Part shown: positions 52,495 to 64,000 of the stretch, piece after piece | How positions within the stretch are numbered: position 1 is the stretch's first letter | How the letters are laid out: every line of letters starts with the position of its first letter | Source of the DNA: Lama glama | Lineage: Eukaryota | Direction of reading: 5' to 3' | DNA: 64,000 nucleotides | Assembly: GCA_028534125.1 (NCBI GenBank) | Contig: CM052818.1 | Span: 26,414,001-26,478,000 of the forward strand | The notes under the pieces: model-generated | What the model was told of the DNA's origin: nothing | The model's database searches: none | The model's input: the letters and a program-made list of their open reading frames with translations, nothing else | Program-made: the position numbers and the translations under genes

Positions 52495-52915
52495 CTACCT
52501 CCAGGGAGTGGATAATTATTTTATGCCAGACTCTATTCCAGAGAGCAGTGACCAGAATGGAGAAAGTCCTGCCCCCTAAAATCTGCATTCTAGTGGGATG
52601 GTACAGAATTGAAATAAATAATGAAATATAAAATAGGCACATGATGGTAAGTGCTATGAAGAAAAATAAAACAGAAGGCAGGGCCTCTGGAGTGTGTGTG
52701 TGTGTTGGGGTAAGGTGGTTCTGTTTTATATATCAAGTGCTCAGGAAAGCCTATCAGATAAGGTCACATTTTAGCAGGGAACTAAAGGCAGTGAAGGAGC
52801 AAGTTTTATGGCGATCTGGGAAAAACAATTCTAGGTAGAGGAAACCGCAAGTACAAAGGACCTAAAGTATGAGCTTGGTGAACGTGAGGAAAGAAATGAG
52901 GCCAGTACAACTACG
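52495..52915 (-). mobile_element. L2 fragment
   Basis: tatgccagac..aaagtcctgccc..cattctagtggg..gatggtaagtgctatgaagaaaaataaa..tcaggaaagcct..ttctaggtagaggaaac.gcaagtacaaagg. Confidence 0.8.
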
Positions 52916-53904
52916 GAACGTGTAACAGTCATGATCTTGCCTTTATGGAGCAAAAAAAAATCCGTAAGTGAAAAAGAAGTTCACATCTTTGAGACATAAG
53001 ATAGAAGGTAAAATTGGATAAATGTTATATAGAGGCATAAATCAAGTATTATGAGATTGCAGAGGAAGTAAGGGAGGCTTAGAATCATAGAGTCAGAATG
53101 CGATTCTCTAGTCCAAGATACCGAATTTTTTTTTGAACAATAAAATATATTCTTTTCAATGTATCTCATGTGGATTGCCAATATGAAAACAAATGGAATC
53201 AAAACTCTCTGGTTGAAGTGAGGTTTAGCCTTTCCAACTTGGCCTTACTCTTTCTCATCTCCAGCCACAGAGGCACCTTTATCGAGCCCTAGGGCTCTAA
53301 GTAACTAAGTTTGCCAATGACTGACTTAGTCAAACTAGTTCATTTTACAAAAAAGAGATCTGAGGCCCACTGAGAGACTCTTCTTCTGGTACAAACTGGA
53401 ATGAAGTCCCCAGACCCCCGCAGCCCTGGTTTTCTGTGCTGGCCCCTGCCCAGCAGCTGATGACCACAGATCCTGCTTCAGCCTCCAGCCTGCAAGTCCC
53501 CACCTCCTTGTGTTGACCCCACGCTGACCTAGAACTCCACTGCTCTCCGTCTTTCCCTGTAGGTGATGCCACGCCAGAGCAGCTGCTTCTCCCTGCTCCT
53601 ATTCAAAGCTGATGCAGTGCTCTGGGGGAGCTTCCCTGTGAGGCTGGCCATCTCCCCGGCAATAATTCCTCCTATAGGACCAGTGCATTCACTAAGACAA
53701 TCAGAACAAAAAGGTCATTGCTCAGATTTGCATTTCAAATTAGATTTTCAAGTCAAAGTGAGACAATAGTCTTGGAAATTGGACTTATTGAGGGAATATA
53801 CCTCTTGACACACAGAGATAATGACAATGAAATTGCCCTACACTTATACACTGAAAATGCCAAACACGTAATGCCTTCACATTTGATGTACTTCTTCACT
53901 AAGA

Positions 53905-54185
53905 ATTTTTTTAAGTAAATTCTATTACTCCTTCCAAGAAGCTAAAGTCTTTCCCACTCTGATCCTTCTCAGCAGAATCAACTGACCCTTTATCTGTGTT
54001 CCTGTAGCATCTAAGTCATATATTATTATAGCACTAATTTTATAGCATTGGAAAAACATTTTTACCTTTCTTTCTCTCCCACTGACTCTGAGCTTCTCTT
54101 ATGAATAACAAATATGTCTTATTTGTATTTGACACCTCAACTTTCACTAACGTGTTGCTCTTGGTGCCCAGTACATTTGTTGATT
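53905..54185 (+). mobile_element. L2 3' fragment
   Basis: tactccttccaagaagc..tctgtgttcctgtagca..actctgagcttc..tgtcttattt..tacatttgttgattga. Confidence 0.6.
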
Positions 54186-56258
54186 GACACTGTAATTCAG
54201 TAATGACTGCGGTTATGAGAAATGAGGGTTCTTCTCCACCACGGATTTTTGGGGAAGTTGCCAACCTAGTGATAAGATACCAGCAATTATTTTCTTGGCC
54301 AGTTTGACAATTAATTGAAAAGTAAAATGACTAATGTGAATATCCTGTTATTAGTCACTGGAAGTTCCTGATGGACGGCCCCAGCACTCTTGGTCTTTTT
54401 CTGTCACAAGCCTTCTGACACATTTTTCTGTTTGTTCATCCATGCTGGATCTGTTCTGAGGCAGACATGTTGCTATGGCCAACACAGCCAGCAATGACAC
54501 ATTCTCCCTCATGCCTGGCCACATCCCCTGGTAACTGTCAGCCTTTCAGATATGACTGACAAGAGTAAAAAGCAAAATCTGTGGGAAAAATGAAATCAGG
54601 TCCCAGCTCTCTGTCTCTCACTAAGTAAAGATGATCTCATGTTTTCTAAGCATTGTGTGGTGAGTCTCACATGATCCAGAGACAGAAGAGGCTTTACCAG
54701 GAGAGAAGTGATTTTTCTGACAGACATATTGGCCTGGCTAATGGTGCCTCTAGCTGGTCAGCACTGAAAGACAAACTTAAGTTCCATTTCCTGAATTCAC
54801 ACTGCACATCAAGGTCACAGAGAAGGGTTATTCCGTTTCAACAAAGGCAACATAACCAAAGCCACTTCATTTGTAGGAGCTTATAAAAACTAGATTATCC
54901 CAGATCTATTTTAAGCCAAGAACAAAACAATCTCAGTTACAAAAAAAGTCAGCTCTCACATATCTCTTGAACACTGCTTTGTCATCCAAGATTTTTTGGA
55001 TTTTGGATTGAATTATAACTCCCCCCACCAACAACAGGTCACCTGCTCAACCATTTCCAGTCCTAACTTTACCATTAATAATTCAAAGTACAATAGTCTT
55101 GCTTTCACTTATAAGCATTTATTTAATCACATAGGATTTGCCATGTTTACTGTCAAACAATTGATCTTTTCTTCCCAAACCCCTCCATGATCTCCATCTA
55201 GCTGATGTGGCTTTCATGTTTCTAACAGCAACATAAACAAGAATAGAAGTGAGAAATACTTGTATCTTGCTGAAATGTGGAGTATCCAGGGTTATCACTA
55301 AAAGGTACTTGAGACATGGCCATGGAGAAGAGAGAATCTGAGAAGATAAATCACATGAAGGGTGTTTATTTGGATTTCTAAAATTTCCCTTTCCCTTGCT
55401 TTATTTACATTTCATTAATATGAAGTTATCCAACAACCTGAGTAACATTTTGTCCTGCATTGTTTACAGACTTGACTTTTGTAAGCAGCCAGACAGCATG
55501 AATGATCCTAAACAAGCTCTTGGTTGATGTGAAATTCCTTGTTTATCGAATTAGAGAACTGTAAATAAAAATTTCCCTTTAAATGTAATATTTCAAAAAC
55601 ACCAGACTCCATTTCCCCTAGGGAAGCAGGTAACTTAGGAAGCAGATCAGGTTTGTTACCTATAAACTAAGACAGTGGAAGACTAAGACAGTTCGAGGGC
55701 AGGAGTTGAACTATCGGGTTTTAATTCCTGACCTGGACCAAGTTCCATGGGCATTTGCCTTTCTTTTTTCCAATTTGTGTTAACTGATTTCTAATTAAGC
55801 AGGGTTCATTTTAATGAAGTCAGGAACCAGGTCTAGCTTTCTCTACCTAGACTTTCAATATTGCAGACTTCTTTCTTAATTAAAGTGGAGAATTCCCTTT
55901 GGTTTCCATAGCCAAAATTTTCCATTTGTTCCACTTAAGATGCCAGTTGGCTTCCACCCACTGCAACCATGTGCCTCTGGCATGGCTGGATAATATATTA
56001 ACTTCTTTGGGATTAAAAAGGTGCTATATCCTTGGGAAATACTCCTAATAACCTAGATTCCTATGTATTCTCACCAGCAATCAATCTTCTCTAAGTAGTA
56101 ACAAGCCAATGAGAGGTGGAGGCAGGGAACAATCAGATTGCAGCAGCAATGGTTCCAGAGGAGTCTTCCCTTTCCCTCAGCCCAAAACCTGAATTCTACA
56201 AAGACTGATATGAGTAGTCTTTAGCTGAGTTCTGGTTCTTGTTCTGCTGTCCAGGGAC

Positions 56259-56590
56259 AACTTGAAAACAGAGGAGAGAGGGGTCCTGGGCTGTCCTTAT
56301 GGCTGCCTAGATTGTGTGAAGGCACAAAGGGAACAGCATCCTTTGGAGATATGCAAGGCACCAGGGCTAAAATCAGAAGACTCAGTCCCAGTTCCTGTAC
56401 TCCCACTGACTACTTATGAGACTTAACTTGAAAACAGAGGAGAGAGGGGTCCTGGGCTGTCCTTATGGCTGCCTAGATTGTGTGAAGGCACAAAGGGAAC
56501 AGCATCCTTTGGAGATATGCAAGGCACCAGGGCTAAAATCAGAAGACTCAGTCCCAGTTCCTGTACTCCCACTGACTACTTATGAGACTT
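56259..56590. repeat. Perfect 166-bp tandem duplication (2 copies)
   Basis: 56259-56424 and 56425-56590 read identical (aacttgaaaacagagg...tacttatgagactt). Confidence 0.95.
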
Positions 56591-56756
56591 TAAAAGCTCT
56601 GAGCCTTAGTTGTCTCATCTGTCCAGATAGAGAGCATGGCTAGACCAGTGCTTTACAAACTATCTACAACGAAGGAGCAAGATTTTTCCTTCCTTTACCC
56701 TGTCCTGTAATCTGTTGGGGACTGATCCTTTGCAAAACACAGCAAAAATGAATACT

Positions 56757-57242
56757 GAGTAATAATACTGTATTGTACATTTGGAAGTTCCTAAGAGAAA
56801 AGATCTTAAAAGTTTTCATCACACACACAAAAAAATTGTGAGAACAAACTAAAGGTTACCAGTAGGAAGAGGGAAGGGGGAAGAGCAAAATAAGAGACAT
56901 GGGATTAAGAGATATAAACTACTATGTATAAAATAAATAAGCAAAAATGTATATTGTACAGCACAGGGAACTATAGTCACTGTTTTTTAATCATTTTAAA
57001 TGGAGTTATTGATTTTATAATCAACAAAAATACTGAATCACTATGTTGTACACCTGAAACTAATATAATATTGTAAATCAACTATACTTCAATTAAAACT
57101 TTTTTTGAACTGTAACTATGTGTGGTAATGGATGTTAACTAGACTTATTGTAGTGATCATTTCACAATATATACATACATTGAATCTTATGTTGTATACT
57201 TGAAACTAACATGTTACATATCAATTATATCTCAATTTTAAA
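56757..57242 (+). mobile_element. L1MA9/10-like 3' end, itself interrupted by a younger L1 3' end
   Basis: aataatactgtattgtac..ctaagaga..agatcttaaaagttttcatcacacacacaaaaaa..|..taactatgtgtggtaatggatgttaactagac..tcaattatatctcaat. Confidence 0.8.
56840..57100 (+). mobile_element. Younger L1 3'UTR (cetartiodactyl-type)
   Basis: gagaacaaact..ggttaccag..gggattaagagatataaactactatgtataaaataaataagc..agcacagggaactatag..ctatacttcaattaaaa. Confidence 0.85.
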
Positions 57243-57664
57243 AACACACATTAGAAAAATTTTTAAAGAAAAACCTTGATATGATTTATTTGAAGTTGCT
57301 ATCATATTTGAGATGGGACATTATGTAATTACTGCTCTCACTTTTCCTTTAACAAACTTAGGTCACAGCAATGTCAAATTGCTATAAGAGTTTCTAAATG
57401 CTTATGGTCACTTGCTATATTTATCTCCCTGTCAGTGGGTAACAGTGTATGGACCAGCAGCAGTACACCAACCTCACTCAGCAATATCTTTGGTCCCTCC
57501 CAGCTCCTGCCCTGCACCACCACTCAAGTCGCCCAAGTACCCAAAAGCTGAGCTTGTTGACAAGATCAAAATTGTACTTCTGAAGCAACAAAGACCAAAA
57601 TAGCCAATTGAACAACTAATAGTAGTTCTATCTTTAAATCTCCCTCACCTTAGCAATCTTCCTG

Positions 57665-58090
57665 TATAACAATCTGGAATCCTGGCTCCACCACTTAGTA
57701 TCAGGTGACCCAAAGCAAGCTACTTAACCTCACTGCACCTTACTTTTCTCATCTCTAAAATGAGAAGACTAATACAGTGTTCTTCTTAAGGATGTTTTTA
57801 GTAAATGTTTACTTTGATATAATTTCAAACCTACAGAAAAGTTGCTAGAATAGTACATAGAAATCCTACCACTCTTTATTCAGATTACTACCCCTTTGTA
57901 GTATTTTCCCCATTTGCTCTGTCATTCTTTTTTTCTTTCCCTATTATTTCCTTTCTAAAGTACTTGAAAATAACTTGCAGCCATCATTTCCATTGGATTG
58001 TTCTGAGAATTAAAGGAATTAATACATGTGAAATACTCAAAATAATGCCTGGTACACATAGTAAGAGTTCATAAAATACTAGCTGTTATG
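57665..58090 (+). mobile_element. MIR SINE interrupted by a minus-strand L1MC-like 3' end (~57795-57990)
   Basis: aatcctggctccaccactta..gcaagctacttaacctc..ctcatctctaaaatg | tttgatataatttcaaacctacagaaaagttgc.agaatagtac | gagaattaaa..atgcctggtacacatagtaag. Confidence 0.7.
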
Positions 58091-59557
58091 CTTGGTTTCC
58101 AAAGACCTTTCCAGACGTTCAATGGGGATTTCATATTCTAGTGATTTGGTGGCTACCCTGTATGGAATCTTCAACATGCTTGGGGGTCTATCCCTTTGAC
58201 TCTGCCCTTCTCAAAGGCTTATGCCAAATTCACTTATTTTCAAATGTGTTGGATTTGACAGACTTAAAAAAAATATTTTCTATGCCATATGTATCCGACC
58301 TTGAACACTGGTATTGAGTGTATCTGCTCTAGATTACCATGTGTTATTAAATCCAAAGAACTCATATTTTTTTTCCTTTTTTACCAAATGGCTGTACCAC
58401 TCTTAACAGAATATTAAATTGATCAGTGGTGAGTAGAAGACCAAACCCTCACTCCTCATGTTCTTTAGGGAAATGATAGGAACAGTGATTTCTAGGAAAT
58501 TCAAACACGACCCTTAGGGAAAAAAAAACCCTACGCAGCTCAGATGCCTCTTATTTCTGTTACCCCAAATGTCTATGCTTCTGATTCAGAAACAAAAATT
58601 TGATTAACATAATACCTTGTCTATCCTTGGTGTTAGTTTAACTTTAAGCTGAACCAGAACTCTTCTTTCTCACATGCATGCTGCACCCTGGTTCCTTTGC
58701 TTTCTGATTTCTTGTTTCATCTAGATCCTGCTGTGCTAAATTGAATTAAGTATGGAAAGCACACTGATTCAGCTTCATCTCCACATACCCAGATTCAGCT
58801 GCAGAAAAAACTGTTCAGTTCACAGCAATTTTTAAAATCATTCCATGTGAGTCATACACCAGAAAGAAATCAAATTGCAGAGGCATCTGGTGTCCAGAAA
58901 GACCCACTGTTTTCCTATGGCCAGAATCTAGAAGGCTGGATGACTTGTCCAGGTGATTCACTGCTCTTCACAGAATATTGGAACAAGGTCCATATGTCTT
59001 CCTGGACCTTTTGTTCAGGATTTCCACATGACCAAAACAAATCCTATCACTGCCCCAGAAGGGATCATGTCTCTTTGACTTTTGTGCCATACAATGCTTG
59101 GAGGAGGAAAGAGAGGCAAAATGGATGCACCTTCCATCCCCAATGAATTATGCTTGTACAACTAGAGCCAACTTAGCTTCACATCACTCTCCCTGGGGAT
59201 CCTGTGAATGCAAGGCCCCCATATATATTCACAGCCCGCACTGAATGCTCTGTTTCCTGGAAAGCCTGTCGTCCCTCCACCTGTCAAATCATTGGCTCCC
59301 TCCCCACTGGCAGTCCTGGCTAACAGCAGTGCCTGTCCTCAGCCATAGCATTCTGTTTCCCTCCTAAAGAAAAACCTCTACTGCTGTCAGAGACTTGGAC
59401 ATCTGAAGGGGCAGCTCCCACTCATATCATTCCTCCAAACACCTGGCCCACACATTTCTCTACTAGCACTGCCCTCTTCCCAAAGAAATCAGGGAGTTTT
59501 ACAAAGATGAGGAGATGCACTGATGCTCACCTTGTTCTTTTAGAAGACTAAGATATG

Positions 59558-60130
59558 GTTTCTCCAAAAGTTACACTTAAGAGTTACCATACACACAGCA
59601 CCTTCTCTCCTAGGTATATACCCAAGAGAGTTGAAAACATACATCCACACAAAAACTTGTACATGGATAGCCATAAGAGGATTATCCGTTAAGAGCCAAA
59701 AAGGAGAAATGACCCAAATTTACATCAACTGATGAATGAGTGGTATATCCATTTAGAATATTATTTGACTGTAAAAAGAATGAAGTACTGATAAATGGTA
59801 CAACATGGATGAACCTTAAAAATATTATACTAAGTGAAATTTGGACACAAAAGACCACATATATGATATGATTCCATTTATATGAAATGTCTAGAATAGG
59901 CAAAGCCATAGAATCAAAGAGTAGATTAGTGGATACCAGAAGCTGGGCTAGAAAAGGGAACAGGCAGTGATTGTTATCTTCAGTTGCGAAAATATTCTGG
60001 AACTAGATAGTAGTGATAGTTGCAGATATTGGTGAATATACTAAAAAATTACTGAATTGTACATTTTTAATGGGTGAAGTTTATGATATGTGAATTACAT
60101 ACCAATTTAAAAATTAACTAAAAAATAAAA
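59558..60130 (+). mobile_element. L1MB-like 3' end
   Basis: gagttaccata..ctcctaggtatatacccaagagag..acatccacacaaaaacttgtaca..aatgaagtactgata..atgattccatttatatgaaatgtctagaataggc..actgaattgtaca. Confidence 0.9.
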
Positions 60131-62745
60131 ATAATAATAAGGATACAAATGAACTAATTATTATTTTGATTTCTTGAATATATGTAAGCACATTTGATTG
60201 TCCTTTATGATTGGATTACCACATTCTGTTGATTCTTATTTTGTAGTTGGCTTTATTCCTTTGATAACTATGTAAGTTTAAAAAGCTAAAGATCCCATCT
60301 GTTCTTAGAAACAATAATTAGTACACATATGTAAACTAAAAAAAATGTGCAGTATACTGTATATATGTATTTACATGCAATATAATGTGTATGTAGAGTC
60401 AAACTGTAATAATTCTACCTAATAAAACTGAAAAAGGATAAAAAACTGATTAAGAAATAAAACAGGACATAAAAATTAAAAAAGAAAAAGTGCAAGTCAA
60501 AGTGAATTCCAGGTCCCAGAATGGCCTGCTGATTTTACAGTCACCACAACCAAACTTGCCTTCTTTTCTTTCTCTTTTGCTGAGATTTGTCACTGCCAAC
60601 ATAGGCACTTCTGAAACATAGTGTGTGCCCAGAAGCTCCATCCAATGTCTAGTCCAGATCAGGACCGTCACTCAAGTTTTGGACCTCATATCTAATGAGT
60701 TTTGATCTGACCCCACACCTTAAGACAGTATGAGGCTCAGGGCCCTGGCTTCTCTGTTTCCTCATTGCCAATGATTGTGTCTGTCAAAAATCATCATCTG
60801 TCTTTCATTGTAATACAGATGATACCCAAATGTTACCCTCGTCCATCAAACTGTCAAGCAAATTGTTTATAAAACATCCAGAACTGGTTGTCACAGAATA
60901 TCAGCAAATTCAGTCCAAATAAACAGACCCAAGGTTGGATACAGTGCTAAGTGAAGGGACAGTCCAGCCGATACTTCCTTCATGAACACCTTTCTTAATC
61001 CAACAATCATCAGGCTTCTTGGGGTGCTGGTGCCGTCCTGGGACCCTGACATTGTTCTCAAGGAACGTCGTTTTCCTGTTATGAGAATGTTTTTTGATCC
61101 TTTGAAAACTGCTTCCAGTCCTCAGACACTCCAGGACTTGGGCTTTAAATTTCTGTCATGGTCCAGTAATAAGACAGGTGAGGCAGGGATTCCCTGCCTC
61201 TGCTGCACCACCAGATCAGATAATTGCTCATATGTGAGTGGTGCGTGAAACCTACTGAGCCCTTTCACACAGATTTCCTTTTAGCCTCACCCTCCCTGTG
61301 ATGCAGGCAGTGCGGAGAGTTATTTCTAGTTTTCAGCTGGGGAGAAGTGCAGAGACTTACTCAACGTCACCGGGGCTGTCAGTGGCAAGCACAGACCTCT
61401 GCATTCTCAGCTCAGTCCTGTGTCCAGAGCACAGTGAGACACAGGGTTCACCCTGGGCCAGGAGACAAGTCTTCCCAAGCAGCTTCCCTTCCAGCACTTC
61501 TCTGTTCCTCTGCTCAGCCTCCAGAAGCCTGCCTCAGCCAGTTTTTCTACCATTTTCCCATCTAAAATTTGTTACTTTTCATTTCAAGCTTTCTCTTTCA
61601 CATAGTCCTCTGGTCCATCATTCATTTAAACAAGATTGGTTAAGCTTCTATGAAGCACCAAAAGCTGTGCTAGGCAGATACATAAAAATATTTATTTATG
61701 TCTCCCACACTTAAGAGGCTCAGAGCCTCATGGTTTCCAGCCTCTACTGACTTCTGACTCCAGACTGCAGGTCATTAGCAGCCCAGGTTTTGTAGAACTT
61801 TTAGTTCTACCTTTACTATTTATATGATACTCCCACAAATTGATTTCCCTTTAACCTATCTTCTCAGGGCAATAAAGTCATTCGTCTTACTGAGCAGACC
61901 AAGGAAATCTGATCTAGTGGTGATATAGCAGACATAAATATACAGAACATATACAGCATATATAACAAGCATATGTGTCCCTGGGCTCAGTCACTCAGAG
62001 TTACTACTACCTAATATGACCACAGGAGCTGAGGCTGAGCAGGATACTGACAATAACTGCTGCTGTGATTATAAAATCAGTACCTATTTGTTGGTGTCTT
62101 TCCAAAGCCATTATTTTTTTGATTAAAGTTTCCAGCTTTAAAGAGAGATGTCTGCTTTCATAACCCAACAATCCAAGGTCGTGTCATGAGAATAAGATAC
62201 AAGAGCTGAGTGTGCTCATGCTACCTTTCCGTTCACAGAGCACCATCAATGCTTTGCTTCCTGACATTTATAACAGAAATAGGACCTGTTATAATATAAT
62301 TTTCAAAAAGGTAGAATCAAGACTCTCAGGAAAAGGGAAAAATAACACTTACCAAATATTTTGTTTAACTCTTCAATTCATAAGGTAAAGAGTAAGACAT
62401 TAGAACTGACCCAAGAAACATTTGAGAAGCTTGGTACATGTATAAAAAACTGGCTGGTGTCTTAAAGGATGATAAAACTTTGGGGCTATCTCTTCCATTA
62501 GATAGGAATTGTTTTTGGATCTCCTTTGGAAAAGATCCACCAGTTAACTTTTAACCTCACAGAGATTTTTAAATAGGCAACCAGCTGAAAGTTAAATCCA
62601 GCTAAAAAACATTCAGGATTCTCTTTGGGCTACTCTGAGCTTACTAGTCACTTTCTGATAGGTCACTGATGCTGGAACTAGGGACTGACTCAGGGAGGTT
62701 ATGAGAGCAAAGTCTTTATTATCTAGTGTTTAAAAAAATAACCAG

Positions 62746-63129
62746 GAAAAGACAAAACTACAGAGACAGTACAAAGATCAGTGGTTGCCAGGGAATAAAG
62801 GCAGGGGAATGAATAGGCAGAGCACAGAGGATATTTAGGGCAGTTAAACTATCTATATGATACTGTAACGATGGACACATGTCATTATACATTTGTCCAA
62901 ACCCAAAGAATGTACAACATGAAGAGTGAAATCTAATGTAAACTATGGACTTTTGGTGATAATGATGTGTCAATGTAGGTTCATCAATTGTAACAATCTA
63001 TACCACTCTGGTGGTGGGTGTTGATACTGGAGGAGGCTGTGCATGTCGGGAAACAGTGGGTATGTGGGAAATCTGTCTCTTCCTCTCAATTTTGCTGTGA
63101 ACCTAAAACTTCTCTAAAAAAATTGTCTT
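62746..63129 (+). mobile_element. L1MC1-like 3' end
   Basis: gatcagtggttgccagg..tgaataggcagagcacagaggat..atacatttgtccaaaccc..tgtaaactatggact..ttttgctgtgaacctaaaact; TSD aaaaaataaccag at 62733-62745 and 63130-63142. Confidence 0.9.
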
Positions 63130-64000
63130 AAAAAATAACCAGAAATGTTTCTCAATAAACAAGCATACATAACCATCCTAAAAGCTAAGAGGGACGACAG
63201 CCAGTCTCCCTGCTTCCACATAGCCTTCAGACATTCTTAGTTCGCCTTTCTTCACCTTAAATATAACCCAGTGTTTTTTCACTGGAGGAAGAAAGAGAAA
63301 AGCAAACCCAATAAGCAAGTGGGCCAGACAAATTCAAGTCAAGAATCTCTGCCCTAGACCCAAAGAACCAAAGAGCTTAGAAAGGTCTTCAACTATTTGG
63401 ATGCTGTGACTTTTTTTAAATAAACAAGTGTAATTTTGAGTGTAGCTCTGAGGTTGAATGACTTTAGAATCCCACAGGAATAGTTATCATTAAATAAAGA
63501 GGGTATCGACTTTTTAAAGAGATGTGGAGCATCCAAGTCATTTCCATTTCCCCCTACCTCCATCCTCTATCTCCACCAGAGCAATTCAAAGCTTAACAAA
63601 GCAAGCAAAACAACAACAAAATCAAGCTTGACATTAAATCATTTCTGATGGGTAAAATTAATGACAGAAGAGTTGAAGTTGCTTACAGAATCAGTGCACA
63701 CTGCATAAGACTTGGCTGTTTTAAGTTATAATGAAATTTTATGAAGTATTTATTTGCTGCTTAGTCCCTGACTAGAAATACAGCCCCAATTATAATGCTG
63801 CATGATTGCCTTGGGTTGCTGGGGGCTCTGCTGGCTCTGGCCCTCACTTAGGTGATGGAGTAGACACTGTGAGGGACCTTGCTAGATGCCATAGCAGAAG
63901 AAAAGAAAATGTGGCACGTATACATAAAGCTTCTAGCCAAGAGTGACACATGCCACTTTCCTTCACATTTCACTTAACGAAGCAAGCCATGTGGCCAGGC

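Larger units (their letters stand above)
56646..57490 (+). mobile_element. hAT-Charlie non-autonomous element split by L1 insertions
   Basis: cagtgctttacaaact..gaaggagc..gactgat.cttt.caaaacacagcaaaaatgaat | L1 | tgtcaaattgctataagagtttctaaatgctta..ggtaaca..tggaccagca. Confidence 0.6.

Noticed and set aside
56259..56590. CRISPR-like or LTR-pair interpretation of the direct repeat
   Set aside because: Only two abutting copies with no spacer and no TG..CA ends, in a mammalian context.
62268..62294. 9-bp inverted repeat ttataacag..ctgttataa
   Set aside because: AT-rich and short enough to be expected by chance.

Overview
This is mammalian non-coding genomic DNA: AT-leaning, CpG-depleted, and probably intronic or intergenic. 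The L1 3' ends look cetartiodactyl, most likely camelid, and I saw no Alu, B1, Bov-A, PRE-1 or Can-SINE copies. I could not recognise any host protein-coding exon, RNA gene or CRISPR-like array. The listed ORFs are chance ORFs or L1 ORF2 remnants. The window is a mosaic of dead transposable elements: L1 of several ages (four with visible target-site duplications), HAL1, L2, MIR, MaLR/ERVL/ERV1 solo LTRs and hAT MITEs. Unique tracts between them contain enhancer-like motif clusters and a few weak exon candidates. The most solid oddities are a perfect 166-bp tandem duplication (56259-56590), a ~44-bp L1 insertion with a 15-bp TSD (9435-9478), an L1 whose 5'UTR is fused to the end of ORF2 (30658-32545) and a multi-level nested TE (56646-57490). 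I found no convincing novel biological system. Repeat subfamily names come from recalled consensus similarity, and most boundaries are approximate.
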